A stretch of 64,000 nucleotides of DNA. It comes from Haliotis rubra (lineage: Eukaryota). How positions within the stretch are numbered: the first letter of the stretch is position 1; the number at the start of each line of letters is the position of its first letter. Location of the stretch: NCBI RefSeq assembly GCF_003918875.1, contig NW_025766592.1:992001-1056000 (forward strand), read 5' to 3'. Below, one piece after another: positions 37,411-50,900 of the stretch. A program made the translations under genes and the position numbers. The notes under the pieces were generated by a model, which did no database searches, had not been told where the DNA came from, and saw only the letters and a program-made list of their open reading frames with translations.

Positions 37411-39732
37411 GTAAAAGCGTATACATGTATATATACCGTTATGTAATACTAATCAATATCTGAACAATGTTTAATTCTGATGCAATTATATAATCGCTAT
37501 ATAACTGTAATGTGACCGTTATTCACATTTAACCCCGTCCCAACACGCATAGCTACACACATATTTCGCCGTAAACAAGAAACGCACATATTAAAGCATG
37601 TATGATAAATGTGTGTTTAGCCGACATCCGACTTACGATAAATTAATTTCCTCTCAGACGACGCAACAAAATGCGCAACTCTTTAAATCAAAAGCTTATC
37701 AGGACCAGTATATTAGAAAACCACGACCTCAGTGGCGGTGGTAACTCATAATAATCTCCTCTCGTATAAGGAACTCCATTATGGTAAATAACGACGGGCG
37801 GAGATCGTTATCGCGTGAGTGTTTTTAAAAAGGCATTAGTTTTGAAATACACATCCATTAAGCTAAATAGATGCAAAATGTCCGCAGATGGGAACATGCA
37901 GATCACGTGACCGGAGAACCCTCGCGAGTGAGGGGTTATATACGTGAAAATAGATGACATCTGTTGGCGGCAGTTGCTATGTACATGTACGTGACGTGTG
38001 TCTCGTGTTCTCCATGCTGGTATGTTAACAGCTGATAATATACACTTAGAGGTTATGTTACACAATGTTTATTAAAATTGATATGTTATGTTTGTAACTG
38101 GTTAAGAGACAAATGGAGGAGGTGAGTCATGGATCTTGAAGTTCCGTTACCTACAAACATGTGTTAGCGAATCCAACTTTATAACTTATGTGCGCATGTT
38201 TAATTGTTTGTTGTTTAACAGTTTGTTGTTTAATTGTTTGTTGTTTAACGCTGCAATCCACCAACATTAAAAGTGAGTGAGTGAGTTTAGTTTTACGCCG
38301 CACTCAGCAATATTCCAGCTATATGGCGGCGGTCTGTAAATAACCGAGTCTGGACCAGAGAGCCCAGTGATCAACAGCATGAGCATCGATCTACGCAATT
38401 GGGAAACGATGACATGTGCCGATGACGTTGTGTCGAACATTGTCGTTGTCTCAAAGTGTATTCCATTGTAGTGATCGTCGGATTTGTCAAACGTCGGATA
38501 ACTCGAAAACTTTACGCACGTCCCTTCAACTCAACTGTGTTTTACTGTTTAGTTGATATCGTGAGGCAGGATATTTTCCTATCGGGGAAGGTGGGGTGGG
38601 GTGCGCAGTGGGTAGGGGGTTTAGTCTAGGGTTAAAGCGTTCCCTCGTCACGCATTCGACTCCCCACGTGGGAACAATGTGTGCAGCCCATTTCAGGTGC
38701 CCCTGCCGTGATATTGCTGGAATGTTGCTATGGGGCGTAAAACCAAACTCACTCACTCACCTATCCTGTTGGACACTGGATAGGTTTGATCTATCTTGAC
38801 ACAATCGCGGCCCAAACTCCGTACCCTCAAGATGATTTCGACCCGATGAATAAATAGAAAACGCGTGTTTGAAAATATTCGTGCACACACTTGAAGGCAA
38901 ATGTTTCACAAAGAGAATTGTGTTGCAGTTTTCTTGGGTCTACGGTCCATGCACATTACAAATCGTGATTCTACGTCTATTTGACTGACAAGAGTTAAGC
39001 TCTAGCGGGTTGTCATTTCCCATAAATGTGCATGTATCACCTTATTTCAATCAAAGCTTGAGTGACTACAATAGCAAGAAGGTGTTTCCTATGTTATGGA
39101 GATACCTCCACGCAAATCAATCGTCACAACGCCCGCACACTTTCATCAATGGCTATGGTACAAGGGAGATAATTCTAACACAGGAAATTGACTGAAACGA
39201 TTAACGTGATTATACTGTCTCAAGTACACAAGCTAAAGCGAGTTCGATTCTCAAGTAAAGCAGTTCGCATCTCGTTCAATTTCTCATAAACTTCTGATGT
39301 TATTTTGTAGTTTATGAGCCATGATCATGCACATGAAAATGAAGAATAACCTTTCTATGGATGTTACATGTAATTGACGAACGAGTGAGTGAGTATGGTT
39401 TTAAGCCGCTTTTAGGATTATTCCAGCAATATCACGGCGTGGGACACTAGAAATGCGCAACACCGTTTTCGGTTAATCGAACCCGGGTCTTCGGCGTGAC
39501 GAGCGAACGCTTCAAACCACTAGCACTTGAAGCCTCGTAGCCTTACGGACCACCTTCTCCGTCTCATATTACCCAGAAAAACATCTATTCCATCCATCTA
39601 TACCGGGACAGCGTCAATATGGAAAGGAAAAACAGCTGTTTCTTGCGACATTAGATTATATTATTAAAGTGATCACTGTTCCTGATTTACAATTTTTCAG
39701 TAATATATATTAGACGAAACAAATCCATTCTA

Positions 39733-39850
39733 TACTCATGCCAATAATGGTTGTCACCCCCTTCAATTTTTTTAATTGGAGAAGGGGTGTGGGGTGGGAG
39801 TGTGTGGGGTTGGGGTGGGGAGGGGGTGACAACCATTATTGGCATGAGTA
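39733..39850. mobile_element. Tc1/mariner-type MITE (same family as 33268)
   Basis: Same TIRs, TA TSD, opposite orientation. Confidence 0.88.
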
Positions 39851-40333
39851 TATTATGGTAATTACCCAGGACCAAATTCGTCACTGTTGGTGACTAGATC
39901 AACATCACACATTACTGTGAAGACTATTACCATGTGATCTAAATCTTAAAATAACGTTAAAATTACACAGGAAAAAAATATTCTGCATTTTTTTTAAATT
40001 AGCAGCACAAACTGGAGGTTGAAGATGAGGAACCGTTATATAAAAGCATGCGGATCGCCTTAGACTAGGTCTCAGACCACAGGCAAACTGTAGCGCAAAT
40101 AGGGTTGCGCAACAAAGAGAAAATGACCAGTCTTCCTATATGCGAGCGAAGCGAGCAAGGGTTGGCAACGTACTTGCCTCGCTTCGGTTCGTAAAATATT
40201 TTTAATATCAAAATAAAATATCGCCACCATCAAAGGTAGACACCCGTTTCCTCACAGGGTTGTGTTCTCAGATTTCCAACCTCATATTTAATAATCACCC
40301 ACGTAAAACATATTTAATTCAACATTTTAAGCG

Positions 40334-40709
40334 CCACTCGTGCCACATCAAATCGTTCTTCGCCTCCATTACCCCTGCCAGCTTCCGGTTCAACGGAGTG
40401 AAGGAACAAGAATAAGCAGAATTTCAAGAGAAATATCATATTGCCTAATTTTGCCATTAAACTGTTGGAGATTATTTTTCTTTTCTGTCGTCGTTATTGT
40501 TAGAATTTTCGTACTATTTATTCTACAAAAATCACTTCTGGCGTAGTGGGCGAATGAAGCAGGGAGGAACCTCCGCAATTATTCCCCATATGGCGGACAT
40601 GTGATTCAACAAGTATATTTAGATTTAAGTCTCCTGTTCCTTCACTCCGTTGAACCGGAAGCTGGCAGGGGTAATGGAGGCGAAGAACGATTTGATGTGG
40701 CACGAGTGG
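40334..40709. mobile_element. Young MITE-like element with about 74-bp perfect TIRs
   Basis: CCACTCGTGCCACATCAAATCG...GGAACA and its exact reverse complement; no TSD resolved because a family-A SINE (40708-40866) abuts the right end. Confidence 0.82.
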
Positions 40710-42817
40710 GGCGGAGGAGTAGCCTAGTGGTAAAGGCGTTCACTCGTCACATCGAAGACGCGGGTTCGATTCCCTACATGGGTACAATGTGTGAAGCCCA
40801 TTCCTGGTGTCCCACGCCGTGATATTGCAGACACATTGCTAAAAGCGGCGTAAAACTAAACTCACTTCACACACTCTACGAGACTTAGTGGTTAAGGCGA
40901 GCGCTCATCACGTGGAAGGTTAGTGAAAGAGGACTAGGTCGATGAAATTTACTTGCAAATGACACTACATGTAACACATATGCTTCACTACAGAACTGGA
41001 CTAGAAACCTTCAGGAGTCAGACTGTCAATCACGTCAACGACCACCCCCACTGACGTTCCCGTGCACGAGACCACGTGCCAGCAATCAGTGACCCGAATA
41101 CTGTACAGTTCAGTCTAGACTTGAATATATATAAAACACCTGTTGTAAGGATGGACTAAGCCCGTAAAGCAACATTCAGTTACTATCGCTGTTGGAGAAC
41201 TGATTCAGCCAGACTAATTACTTCAAGTGAAAATCGTCCATCCTTCGTGCAGCAGGGTCACGCATCCACTATGTTCATGTGAATGTTTTTGACCGAAATG
41301 ATAATTATAAACGTTTACTGAATTAAAACAACCTATTAAGATACGAGAAATCCATTTTTGGAACTGGGCAAGGGAATCGGAGACAGCTGGTTCATGATTT
41401 TAAAATAATCATCGTGTAAAGGGTTTTATCAAGAGGACTTCCCACGAACACAAACTGGACCATACTACATGAGAACTGACAGCTGTGTCGGTGAACCTGA
41501 TTGTGTTTAAAGAGGGACTAGAAACAGCTAAACAGCAATTCTAGCAACATTAATGGTTCAAGCCTTTGAACTGCTCTCTTTTGAGACTACCCAGTTAATG
41601 ATATTATGTTTTAATATCATCATTTAACAATAATTACTGTTCTAATTACAAAATGTATCATTTTCACACATATGACGCCATCTTCGATTGTCCACAGCAT
41701 AATATCGTCGTTCCGTTATGATCAGTTCCAGGATCCAGTTATAGCCATGGTTTCGTCCATGCCACGGTGTGAGTGCTGTTTCAAAAACAACCCGGATGAG
41801 TGAGTGAGTTGGGTTTAACGCCGCCTATACCAGTAATTCCACCAATATCACAACAGAGGACTTCAGTGGGCTTCGCACATTGTACCCATGTAGGGAATCG
41901 ATTCAGGGCCTTCGGCGTGATGGGCGAACGCTCAACCCACGAGCGCCTGAAGTCTCGTAGCAACGGACTACCCTCTCCGTCTTACTTTACTCAAGAAAAC
42001 ATCTATTCCACCCAAAACATTGATATCAGAACATATCAACAGAACATATCGACACTAAGTACGTATTGGACAGCGTCAACAGAACACATGAACACTGAAT
42101 ATTCATTCTACTGTAATATGCCCGGGTCTTGAAACTATCGTAGACTTTGTGTACAGTGTACGAACAAACTGAGAGTTGCTCTCCTCTCCTGGTACATGTA
42201 AGAATGTGTGGATACGGAGAACATTTTCGTTATTATATGCACAGCTCTGGTCCTTGCTGGCCATTTCGATATACATGATAAACAGTGGTACAACGGTACA
42301 ACGGTACAACGGTACACGGTACGTCATAGTGGTGATTATTTATTTATTGTACCATCTCTGAGAGTGAGAGCTATGATTTGCTTCGTTTGACGCCGAAATC
42401 TGCAATATTCCAACTGTATGAAAATAATCGAGCCTGGCCAGACAATCCAGTGATTGATATGAGCACGGATATATATGTCGTGCGTAATATACGGAATTGC
42501 CCAATTCGTGAATTACTCAAAGGTATTGCCCCATTCCCGTCAACCGCGACCTGGCTTGCTTAATCTGCGGATTGGGCACGCCTCATCTCGTTGGGAGATG
42601 ACATGAAGTCATGTCTTAACATGTCACGTGTTAACGCTGCACTGCAGTATCAAATTATCACGTTATGAATCAGAACGACACAAAAATAAATAATATAGAT
42701 TTTCTGAAAATTATACCGAAGACAGTTATTATACCAACTACGTATTGTTCATATCCTAGTTTTTTAAACATTTCATCTTCTGAATGTACACACAGATGGG
42801 TGGTTTCAGGTAGGTGT

Positions 42818-43020
42818 ACCCGTGAAGGTCCGGGTTAGAATGAGCCTTCAGTAACCCATGCTTGTCGTAAGAGGCGACTAACGGGATCGGTTCCAATTGC
42901 GCAGATCGATGCTCATGCTGTTGATCACTGGATTATCTGGTCCAGACTCGATTATTTACAGACCGCCACCATATAGCTGGAATATTGCTGAGTGCGGCGT
43001 AAAACTAAACTCACTCACTC
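42818..43020 (+). mobile_element. Family-B SINE (internal deletion; compensatory stem variant)
   Basis: TSD TCAGGTAGGTG. Confidence 0.9.
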
Positions 43021-43309
43021 AGGTAGGTGCAGCACTGGCTGGTATAGCTTCCGGTACTCGGAAGAGAAGTTTCGTGATTTCAATGCAGCTTTAAAGGGCA
43101 GGCTACAAATGTGAATTCATGAGATTGGTGTTTTAGTCATTTTTAAAATAACGTTCCTGTACAAGTCTTCAGGGAAATATTGGTTGAGCAATACCTAGTT
43201 CTAATCACTCGTGATCTTATCTGGTTTGTCTCGTGTTGTCAGCGTGTCCAGAGGTCGCCAGGGAGCGGCAGTCTGTTGGTAAACATATAGGTCTGGGATT
43301 GTTGGTAGT

Positions 43310-43358
43310 AAAACATAAACACACACGACCAGACGCCGGCAGTACCTCCGGCAACAAG
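43310..43358 (+). other. Putative 5' non-coding exon of the secreted-protein gene
   Basis: Donor AAG|GTAGGT after 43358; the next exon has an acceptor 9 nt before its ATG. Start coordinate approximate. Confidence 0.4.
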
Positions 43359-43434
43359 GTAGGTGTACTGTACACTACAGAGGTATTACACAGACTAGAG
43401 TCTCACCTGTGGTTGTAGGTCGATACTTCACAAT

Positions 43435-43599
43435 GTGAGTGAGTGGGTATGATTTTACGCCGCTTTTAGCAATATTCCAGCAATATCACGGCGGGGACAC
43501 CAGAAATAGGCTTCACACATTGTGCCCATGTGGGGATTCGAACCCGGGTCTTCGGCGGGACGAGCGGACGCTTTAACCACTAGGCTACCCCACCGCCCC
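43435..43599 (-). mobile_element. Family-A SINE
   Basis: Near-consensus; CTTCA(C/A)AATGTG flanking repeat. Confidence 0.92.
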
Positions 43600-44380
43600 T
43601 TCAAAATGTGTTTCTGGTGTATGATCATTGAACAATGTTAACTAAACTGTGAATTAAAACTAAAATTAAAATCAAAATTAGAGAAACAGTACGACTGTTG
43701 ACGATTCCAAAGCAGCTCTGGAACCGGACATTGTAATACGGTTGTCTATACCCATAAACGTTGTTGGCTGTTTGACGCCGCACTCAGCAATATTCCAACT
43801 ATATGGTGGCGATCTGACATAACTGAGTCTTGACCAGACAATCCAGTGACCAACAGTATGAGTTTGGATCTACGCAATTGGGATGACATGTATCACCCAA
43901 GCGTTTCTGATGTCGTTTGAGGCAACGTCTTGCCCTTCCGTAGTAGGTATCCATGAAACTTCCTTACAAACAATAAGAAATTATCCAGAAAAGTTTTATG
44001 TTTCAAAGTCTTACAACTTCAAAGTGCATTTAAAAGTGTGGACATCTAGTGTACTTTCTTGCTTAACGCCTCACTCAGAAATATTTCGGCTTTACCGTAC
44101 AAACCTGTGGCTAATATGAACAATGACCAAACGTCTGACCACACGATCGACCAAAGTCGCTATATACGACAGCCACAGTTGCTGAGGAGAAGTTCTAACC
44201 TAACACCCCATGGTCCAAATAATATTTGAACCGTGCCATCGATAGATGCTTGATGAAACAAAACAAAATATTCGAAATTAATATATCTTGCATCTTTGAC
44301 ATATTGTGACAGTAGTATATTGGCAAGACATCTCGGCAGACAATGAATCATTTTGACCATGTTTCATGTAGCTGTCGACG

Positions 44381-44453
44381 ATGTATACCTGTGTAGCTGT
44401 CGCTGTCCTGGCCGTCCTTGTCGCCTACGTCAACGGAGCGCCTGTAGATCCTG
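44381..44453 (+). CDS. Small secreted protein, coding exon 1 (signal peptide MYTCVAVAVLAVLVAYVNG-APVDP)
   Basis: Acceptor TGTAG at 44371, ACGATG start context, hydrophobic h-region with VNG|AP cleavage site, phase-1 donor G|GTACGT. Confidence 0.8.
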
Positions 44454-44696
44454 GTACGTGATGGTTTAATGTCGCGGTTAAGACAATTGCAATTAAAACA
44501 TGACATACGTACACACCGTGCGTGCGTGAGCGTGCGTGTGTGTTTACTATAGTGCTAGGCCACTGAGCTATCATGCCGCAGGTTGAACGTAAAAACCCTA
44601 TTCAGACACAATACACTGAAGTATTTTATCCCCTTATGCTGAGCGCCAGTCAGGGTAACAATAAGTACAATCTTTCCTGGTGATTTGACGCAGATG

Positions 44697-44867
44697 ACTG
44701 ACTCACTGACTGAGTTTGGTTTAACGCCGCTTTTAACAATATTCCAGCAACATCACGGCGGGGGACACCAGAAATGGGCTTCACACATAGTACCCATGTG
44801 GGGATTCGAACCCGGGTCTTCGGCGTGACGAACCAACGCTTTAACCACTAGGCTACCCCACCGCCCC
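44697..44867 (-). mobile_element. Family-A SINE (intronic)
   Basis: 11-bp TSD GACGCAGATGA. Confidence 0.93.
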
Positions 44868-46043
44868 GACGCAGATGATAGGACCATGACATGTATTGCA
44901 CTGTTTGATCTCTTCACCACTTACTTTGTGTCTGAAGTTAGTCCAACATATTGCTACGTAATCACGTCGCAAGTGCACGTCACAAGTTATGAATACACAA
45001 TTATGTTTGTTAAAACTGCGATCCATGGCTGGGTGTGGCCTGTAAATAATCTGGACCAGACAAACTGGTGATTGACATTACGAGCATCTCCCATGTCGAA
45101 TGGAAAGTTAACGATAGAAACGACACCACCGAAACATTAGGTCTCACCTTAAGCTAAGTTCAACCCAGATTACCCGCGAAGGCTGAGACACAACGGTTTC
45201 CTAATCTTTAGATTCTGGTTTAGGATCAGGGGTTCCTTTCAGGAAGCAACCTTTACTAAGGTTAACCTTAACTTGTTTCTTTAACATTGCACTAAGGTTA
45301 CCTTAGTGACTTACGATCACCTTTGAGGTTTGTGAAAGGAGATCAAGGTTCTGTTCCAGCTTCAGTTTAACCCTCCACTGGTGGTACATGAACATATACA
45401 TATTTATGAAAATTCAAATATGACTAATCTCAAGATCAGCGCTTCTTTCTCACTAACGTTGAGTAAAAGACAACACATTTGGTCCAGTTTTTAAAAAAAC
45501 ATTTTTATCTCTATCTACCTTGTGGGTGGGTCAGGTCTACAGAATTTGGCTAAATCTGGCAACAAGTAGTGTTGATTTTAGTAATATATAGAATTCTTTC
45601 TTTGTATAAGAGCCTAGTATCTGAAAAGAAAAGGAATCTCATCTCATCCTGAAAGCGTACCACAGTGTTGACAATGTCAACGTCAAAGTTTGTTCTCTTG
45701 GTGTATTCAGTGTTTTTATGTGCATACAATTGCCCAGTGTTATTGAGACTTTGGCTTGGGGGCATAACTGAAGCAACTATTTACATACGTAATTCAATCT
45801 GAGCAATACACGAAACAGTATTCAAATTCAGTGCGATAAAGGGTTCAACAATATCTATGCATGAATAATTTATAATCACATGTTAGTTGAACAGCATTAC
45901 GATTTGTCACATGTGTTTAATGTTCTTAGTTGTTAATTTTGCTCTGCTGAAGAGGCAACATTCCTCCATAATACCCCACTCATACAACATCAGTAGCCAA
46001 CTTGGATTTTGTCTAATTCTGCTCAAATGCGTTTTCCTTTCAG

Positions 46044-46060
46044 GTCCATCGTCTGGCGAG
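46044..46060 (+). CDS. Small secreted protein, coding exon 2 (17-nt micro-exon, GPSSGE)
   Basis: TTTTCCTTTCAG| ... GAG|GTAAGT; converts phase 1 to phase 0 exactly as the flanking exons require. Confidence 0.75.
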
Positions 46061-46252
46061 GTAAGTCGCCTGCTGTCTAAATGATATATCAATAACGCAA
46101 TTTTGCTAAATAACGAATTTGCAAATGCGATGGGGAAAATCTTAATAATATGATAAACTGAAAATATAGAAATGTTTAACGTCGTTTTGAACAGTATTCC
46201 AGTAATATCACGGCGCCTCAGCTTAATGCTGAAAGAACATGCTGCAGGCTTT

Positions 46253-46825
46253 TGGTCATTCGTAACTACTCGCCTCTTTCCGTGAGCTACAAGAAGACTC
46301 GTACCCCATTCGTAACTACTCGTGTCATTCCGGCAAACCGGATGGTGTCTCGTACCCTTCTTGTTGTAGTCTTCTTGTAGGTCACGGAAAGAGGCGAGTA
46401 GTTACGAATGACTCGTACCCCTATCGTACGCCATTATTGCCAAGAATCATGGCAAACCAATCGAATCGCCAGTAGTAAAACGCATTTCGAAGCATGAAAA
46501 TGGCGGCACCGTTGAACTTTGAAACTTCGCTAACTATGCAAAGAACAATTTAAACAAACTTTGAGCTGACGGATCAGCAACTTTCAACACTGAAACATAT
46601 TTACAAAGGGGATGACTGTGTTTTGTCCACGGGATATAGCTATAGGATGTTCTTGGGGTAACCATGTTTGGACATTCAGAGTTATCTTTCCTTGGTACTA
46701 GTACTAGACTATTTTCATCTCCATGCCCGTTTGCGCTTAGACAGGGCTTAGTCGTAAACATGGCCACGAGAGGGGTACAAGACGCCATCTGGCTTGCCGG
46801 ACTGACACGAGTAGTTACGAATGGC
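46253..46825. mobile_element. DNA-transposon relic with reiterated direct and inverted CATTCGTAACTACTCG motifs
   Basis: 46255-46298 is inverted at 46368-46412; 46303-46356 is inverted at 46772-46824. Confidence 0.65.
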
Positions 46826-47306
46826 TTTCGGTGAAGCCCACGTTCATGGTGCTTACGAATGAAGAAACGTAACTGGGCGAACGAAGGATCACGGCTTTCT
46901 GGCTTGCTCATGGGGAGGCAACTCTGCATAGCGAATTGCACGTGTCACTTAAACTGTGAACAGTTGTCATGTATCATGCTTTGAAAAGCAACCGAGGGGT
47001 TAAAGGTTATTGCTAACTCTGCTTTTTTAAACCATAATCTGTTTAACCTTCGGTCGTCTCTGTGTCGATATGTGCATATAGATCTCATCATAAAGTAAAT
47101 GTACCACGATGAACTGAAATAACCGTCCGATGCTGATGCTGTTAACCCTTAGTTTGCTTTCACTTGGTCGGCGAGTGAGTGAGTATGGTTTTACGCCGTT
47201 TTCAGCAATATTCCAGCAATATCACGGCACTCCCATATGTGTCACTTGGTCGGGAAGTACATGATAAAGTCTACAGGTAACACTGGTTCATCTTCTGCGA
47301 CTACAG

Positions 47307-47501
47307 TCACAAACTCGTTTGATCGTTGACAAGGTTGACCAGATGCGAAGGCCGCGGCCGACACCGGACACTGTGATTGGACACTACCCCATCAAGATGA
47401 TCCTTGACCTGCTGAGAGGTCAGGGTGGCTTCGCTCCATCTCTCCAGAGGGCCCGGAAGGACAGAAATGAAATCACTGAAAACGAACTCCTCAAAATGCA
47501 G
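47307..47501 (+). CDS. Small secreted protein, coding exon 3 (SQTRLIVDK...NELLKMQ, 65 aa)
   Basis: CTACAG acceptor, 195 nt open in phase 0, GC-richer codon-like composition, CAG|GTTGAT donor. Confidence 0.75.
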
Positions 47502-48234
47502 GTTGATATTTCCTTTTGATGATCTGGTAGTTTTGACGAATGTTTATGGTAAATTTCTCCAGCAACGCGGGTCCGTTCGATGGAATATTCCTCACATGAT
47601 ATTGCTGCATGTTGATTCCCATATTGAAACAATACGTTAGCCGGAAATCAGTCCGTAAAACAACTCAACATGAAACCAAGAAACAACAAAGGATTGTGAG
47701 ATGGTTTCCAATTGCATTCTGAAGGTAACTAAGTTTACAAGTCAGTACATATCACCATATATGGGAACTACAATGGTAGTACAAAATGTAGGAGTACGTT
47801 TAAAGGCAGTAATATTCACCTAACTACAACACTGGTCAAGTTCCGAACTCGGCCTTGGCTGAGTATCAAGGGTGCAAAGTGATCTGCACACCACTGTTGG
47901 TCTCTTTGTGACGTGAGATGTACGAACCAAAAGCGCGCCTTACAGAAAGTGTAACATAATATTCTAGACTATGTTGGAAAGTTCCATGTACAAATACCTT
48001 GTAGAGTAGTTGTACCTGCTAGAATTTGTAATCTAAATATTGCGTAGCGCTGTCCCATCTCCCTCCACCACCGAAAGTCAAAAGTAATACACTAGGTATA
48101 TTGCACCCGTCTGAATAAATCAATACTTCAGTAGTCTGTCCCTGAACTATTTTATTATGCCATCTGCCCAACCCTTTATAAAATGCAGAAGCCCTAAATG
48201 AAACAAATTATAGCTCTTTTACTTCTGAACTTTC

Positions 48235-48563
48235 CACCCGCGAAGATCCGGGTTAAAATAGCGATCTTCAGTAAAGTTTTCGTGTTATCCAAAGCCAGTC
48301 AAATTGCATATTTTCTTGGAAAACGACATATATGATTGTTTGTTTGGGTTAGAATTGGTTTTCGGTAACCTATGCCTGTCGTAAGAGGCGACTAAAGGGA
48401 TCGGGTGGTCAGGCTCGCTGACTTGGTTGACTCATGTCATCGGTTCACAATTGCGTAGATCGATGCTCATGCTGTTCATCACTGGATTATCTCGCCCAGA
48501 CTTATTTACAGACCGCCGCTATGTAGCTGGAATATTGCTCAGTGCAGCGTAAAATTAAACTCT
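48235..48563 (+). mobile_element. Family-B SINE with duplicated 5' end
   Basis: 12-bp TSD TCTGAACTTTTC. Confidence 0.88.
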
Positions 48564-50272
48564 CTCTGAACTTTTCATCTCATTGGGGCACATTTTCTTT
48601 TTGAATGGAGCTTTCCAAATAATCAAACTACATTGTATATTTATATATTGAGACTAGTTGTTAGTCAACTAGTTCCACCACCCATATAATACGTCAGGTC
48701 CATGTCACTGGGACGAAACGAGTGTCACTATAATATAATGTTAACTTGTTCCGCTCTTTATCGTTCGGCAATCTCAGCGCTTTTGTCATCTGGGAGACGG
48801 GAAACAAGTGTAACTACTAGTATTGAGTGGGTGGGGTTCCAGCAATATCACAGCGGGGGACACCCGAAATGGGCTTCATACATTTCATACATTATACCCA
48901 TGCGGGAAATCGAACCCGGGCCTTCAGTGTAACAAGCGAACGCTTTAACCAATAGGCTAGCCCACCTTTCTAAGTCTATCTGGACGCAGAGATTAAGGAC
49001 TATTAAGTTTGCAAATCATCGAATAGTACTTAAGAAAAAATAACAGATATCACTAAACAAAAACTGGAAAACTTTACATGTCTAATTAATTATGTGTGAC
49101 TGATTCAAGACATGTAAATAAAATTAATATTGTGTTCAAGCATCTCAACAAATTATGCAATGTATTAAATCATAACCTCATCTGTCATGGTATTTTAAAG
49201 TCTGTGACCACGACAAAGCCTTTAAGCTCATAATTCTCCTCACGTACACAAGATTACATTATGATAAATAGTGACGAGCGGAAATTGTGATAAATAATGA
49301 CGAGCGGAAATTGTATCTCATGAGCGTTCTTTAAAACTCATTAAGCCAAGCCCAAGCTGTTATTTAATGCACATGCATTTGACTTAATGGATGCCAAATG
49401 TCCCCGAGACAATTTTATTAAGTCGTTAAATGTATTTTTAAATGGAACATTGAAGTTTTACCCCCAAAAGCTTTGTGTACAGTTTCAACTGAACAACAAT
49501 CTCAATAAGCCATAACAAAATAGAAATACGTCTATTTTTCTCCCAACCTTAACATCGCCCTATACACACAGCTCAATTCCGATTGTCTGTTTTATTGTTT
49601 TTTATTTAAATGCATTCAATTCCTATAGCCTATAGGCTGCGTGAGATTAAAGGGGATTTGTGGCGCTGCATATGGTAAAATGAATAAATACTCCAATCAA
49701 AATCGATATATGTACCCTGTGTACTTTTTAAGGTGATGAGAAATGTCGTAATGTTGATCTGCGTTCACCTCATCAACGCTGCTTTTCCTTTATCCGGTCA
49801 CTGCCTGACGTGGGTTAGACACACTGTCGCCATTTCTTTGAATTATGCATCGAACAAAGTTATTACCTCAGGGTTTTCAATAAATTGATTTTTTATCTGA
49901 TGTGTGACGGTGATCAATTGTGTGGTTTTTTTTCGAATTCCGTTATCCTCTTTTCAAAATCAAATTCATCCACTGTGATACCGTTTCATTTTCTCATTGT
50001 GGTCACGTTATGATAATGGGATCATGTAAGTAAACTGAAGTACAAAAGAAAGTACACATTTGTCTGTTTGGGTTAGGGGTTTTTCAAGTAAGAAAACAAA
50101 ACAAAACAGCAGATTGTGAATATTTAGAAACGTGTGTGACTTGTGACATGTGACTAACAAGTCTGATAATCTCAAGGCTTTTTTCTGTAATTCTGTAGTG
50201 TCAGATAATCTCACTACTTTCTTCGTACTTTCTACGTCAGTTAACGTGTACCTGGCTTGCCCCAAAATGACG

Positions 50273-50735
50273 ACCCGTTAAGATCCGGGTTACGATTGAT
50301 CTTCAGCAACCCATGCTTGTCGTAAGTGGCGACTGACGGGATCGGGTGGTCAGGCTCGCTGACTTGGTTGACACATGTCATCACATCTTAGTTGCGTAGA
50401 TTGATGCTAATGCTGTTGATCACTGGATTATCTGGTCCAGACTCGATTACGGCGTGGATAATCGCGTCTGGGCAAGACAAACCTAGTGATCCTGTGACGT
50501 CCCTCACAACCATGTTACAGGGCCTGAAAACAACGGCCATATTTCTCATGGAAAAAGAAATGGACCCGATCTGCAAAGTAATGTTAACGCTACCTCGATC
50601 GTCTATGTTGAAATTTCGTATCCCAAATACGTAGATCTATGTTCATGCTGTTGATCACTGGAGTGTCTGGTCCAGACTCGATTATTTCCACACAGCCGTC
50701 ATATATATGGAATATTGCTGAGTGAGGTGTTAAAG
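50273..50735 (+). mobile_element. Composite family-B SINE with a non-SINE insert
   Basis: SINE 50273-50449, foreign sequence 50450-50615, overlapping SINE 3' part 50616-50735. Confidence 0.8.
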
Positions 50736-50846
50736 CGTGGGAGAAACGACCACCTTAGACCATTTTGTTGAACGGACCGTGAGATGAACTTGTACCGTTC
50801 ACTGATTTTTTTTTCTTGTACACAAAACTCTTTCACATTTTTGCAG

Positions 50847-50900
50847 TTGGAGTCCATTCTTCAAGGAATTGCGCAGTTTCCGATCAAAATGAACTTTTAA
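50847..50900 (+). CDS. Small secreted protein, last coding exon (LESILQGIAQFPIKMNF*)
   Basis: TTTTTGCAG acceptor, phase 0, TAA at 50898-900, donor G|GTAACA right after; FPIKM echoes YPIKM in exon 3. Confidence 0.68.
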   Translation: MESILQGIAQFPIKMNF

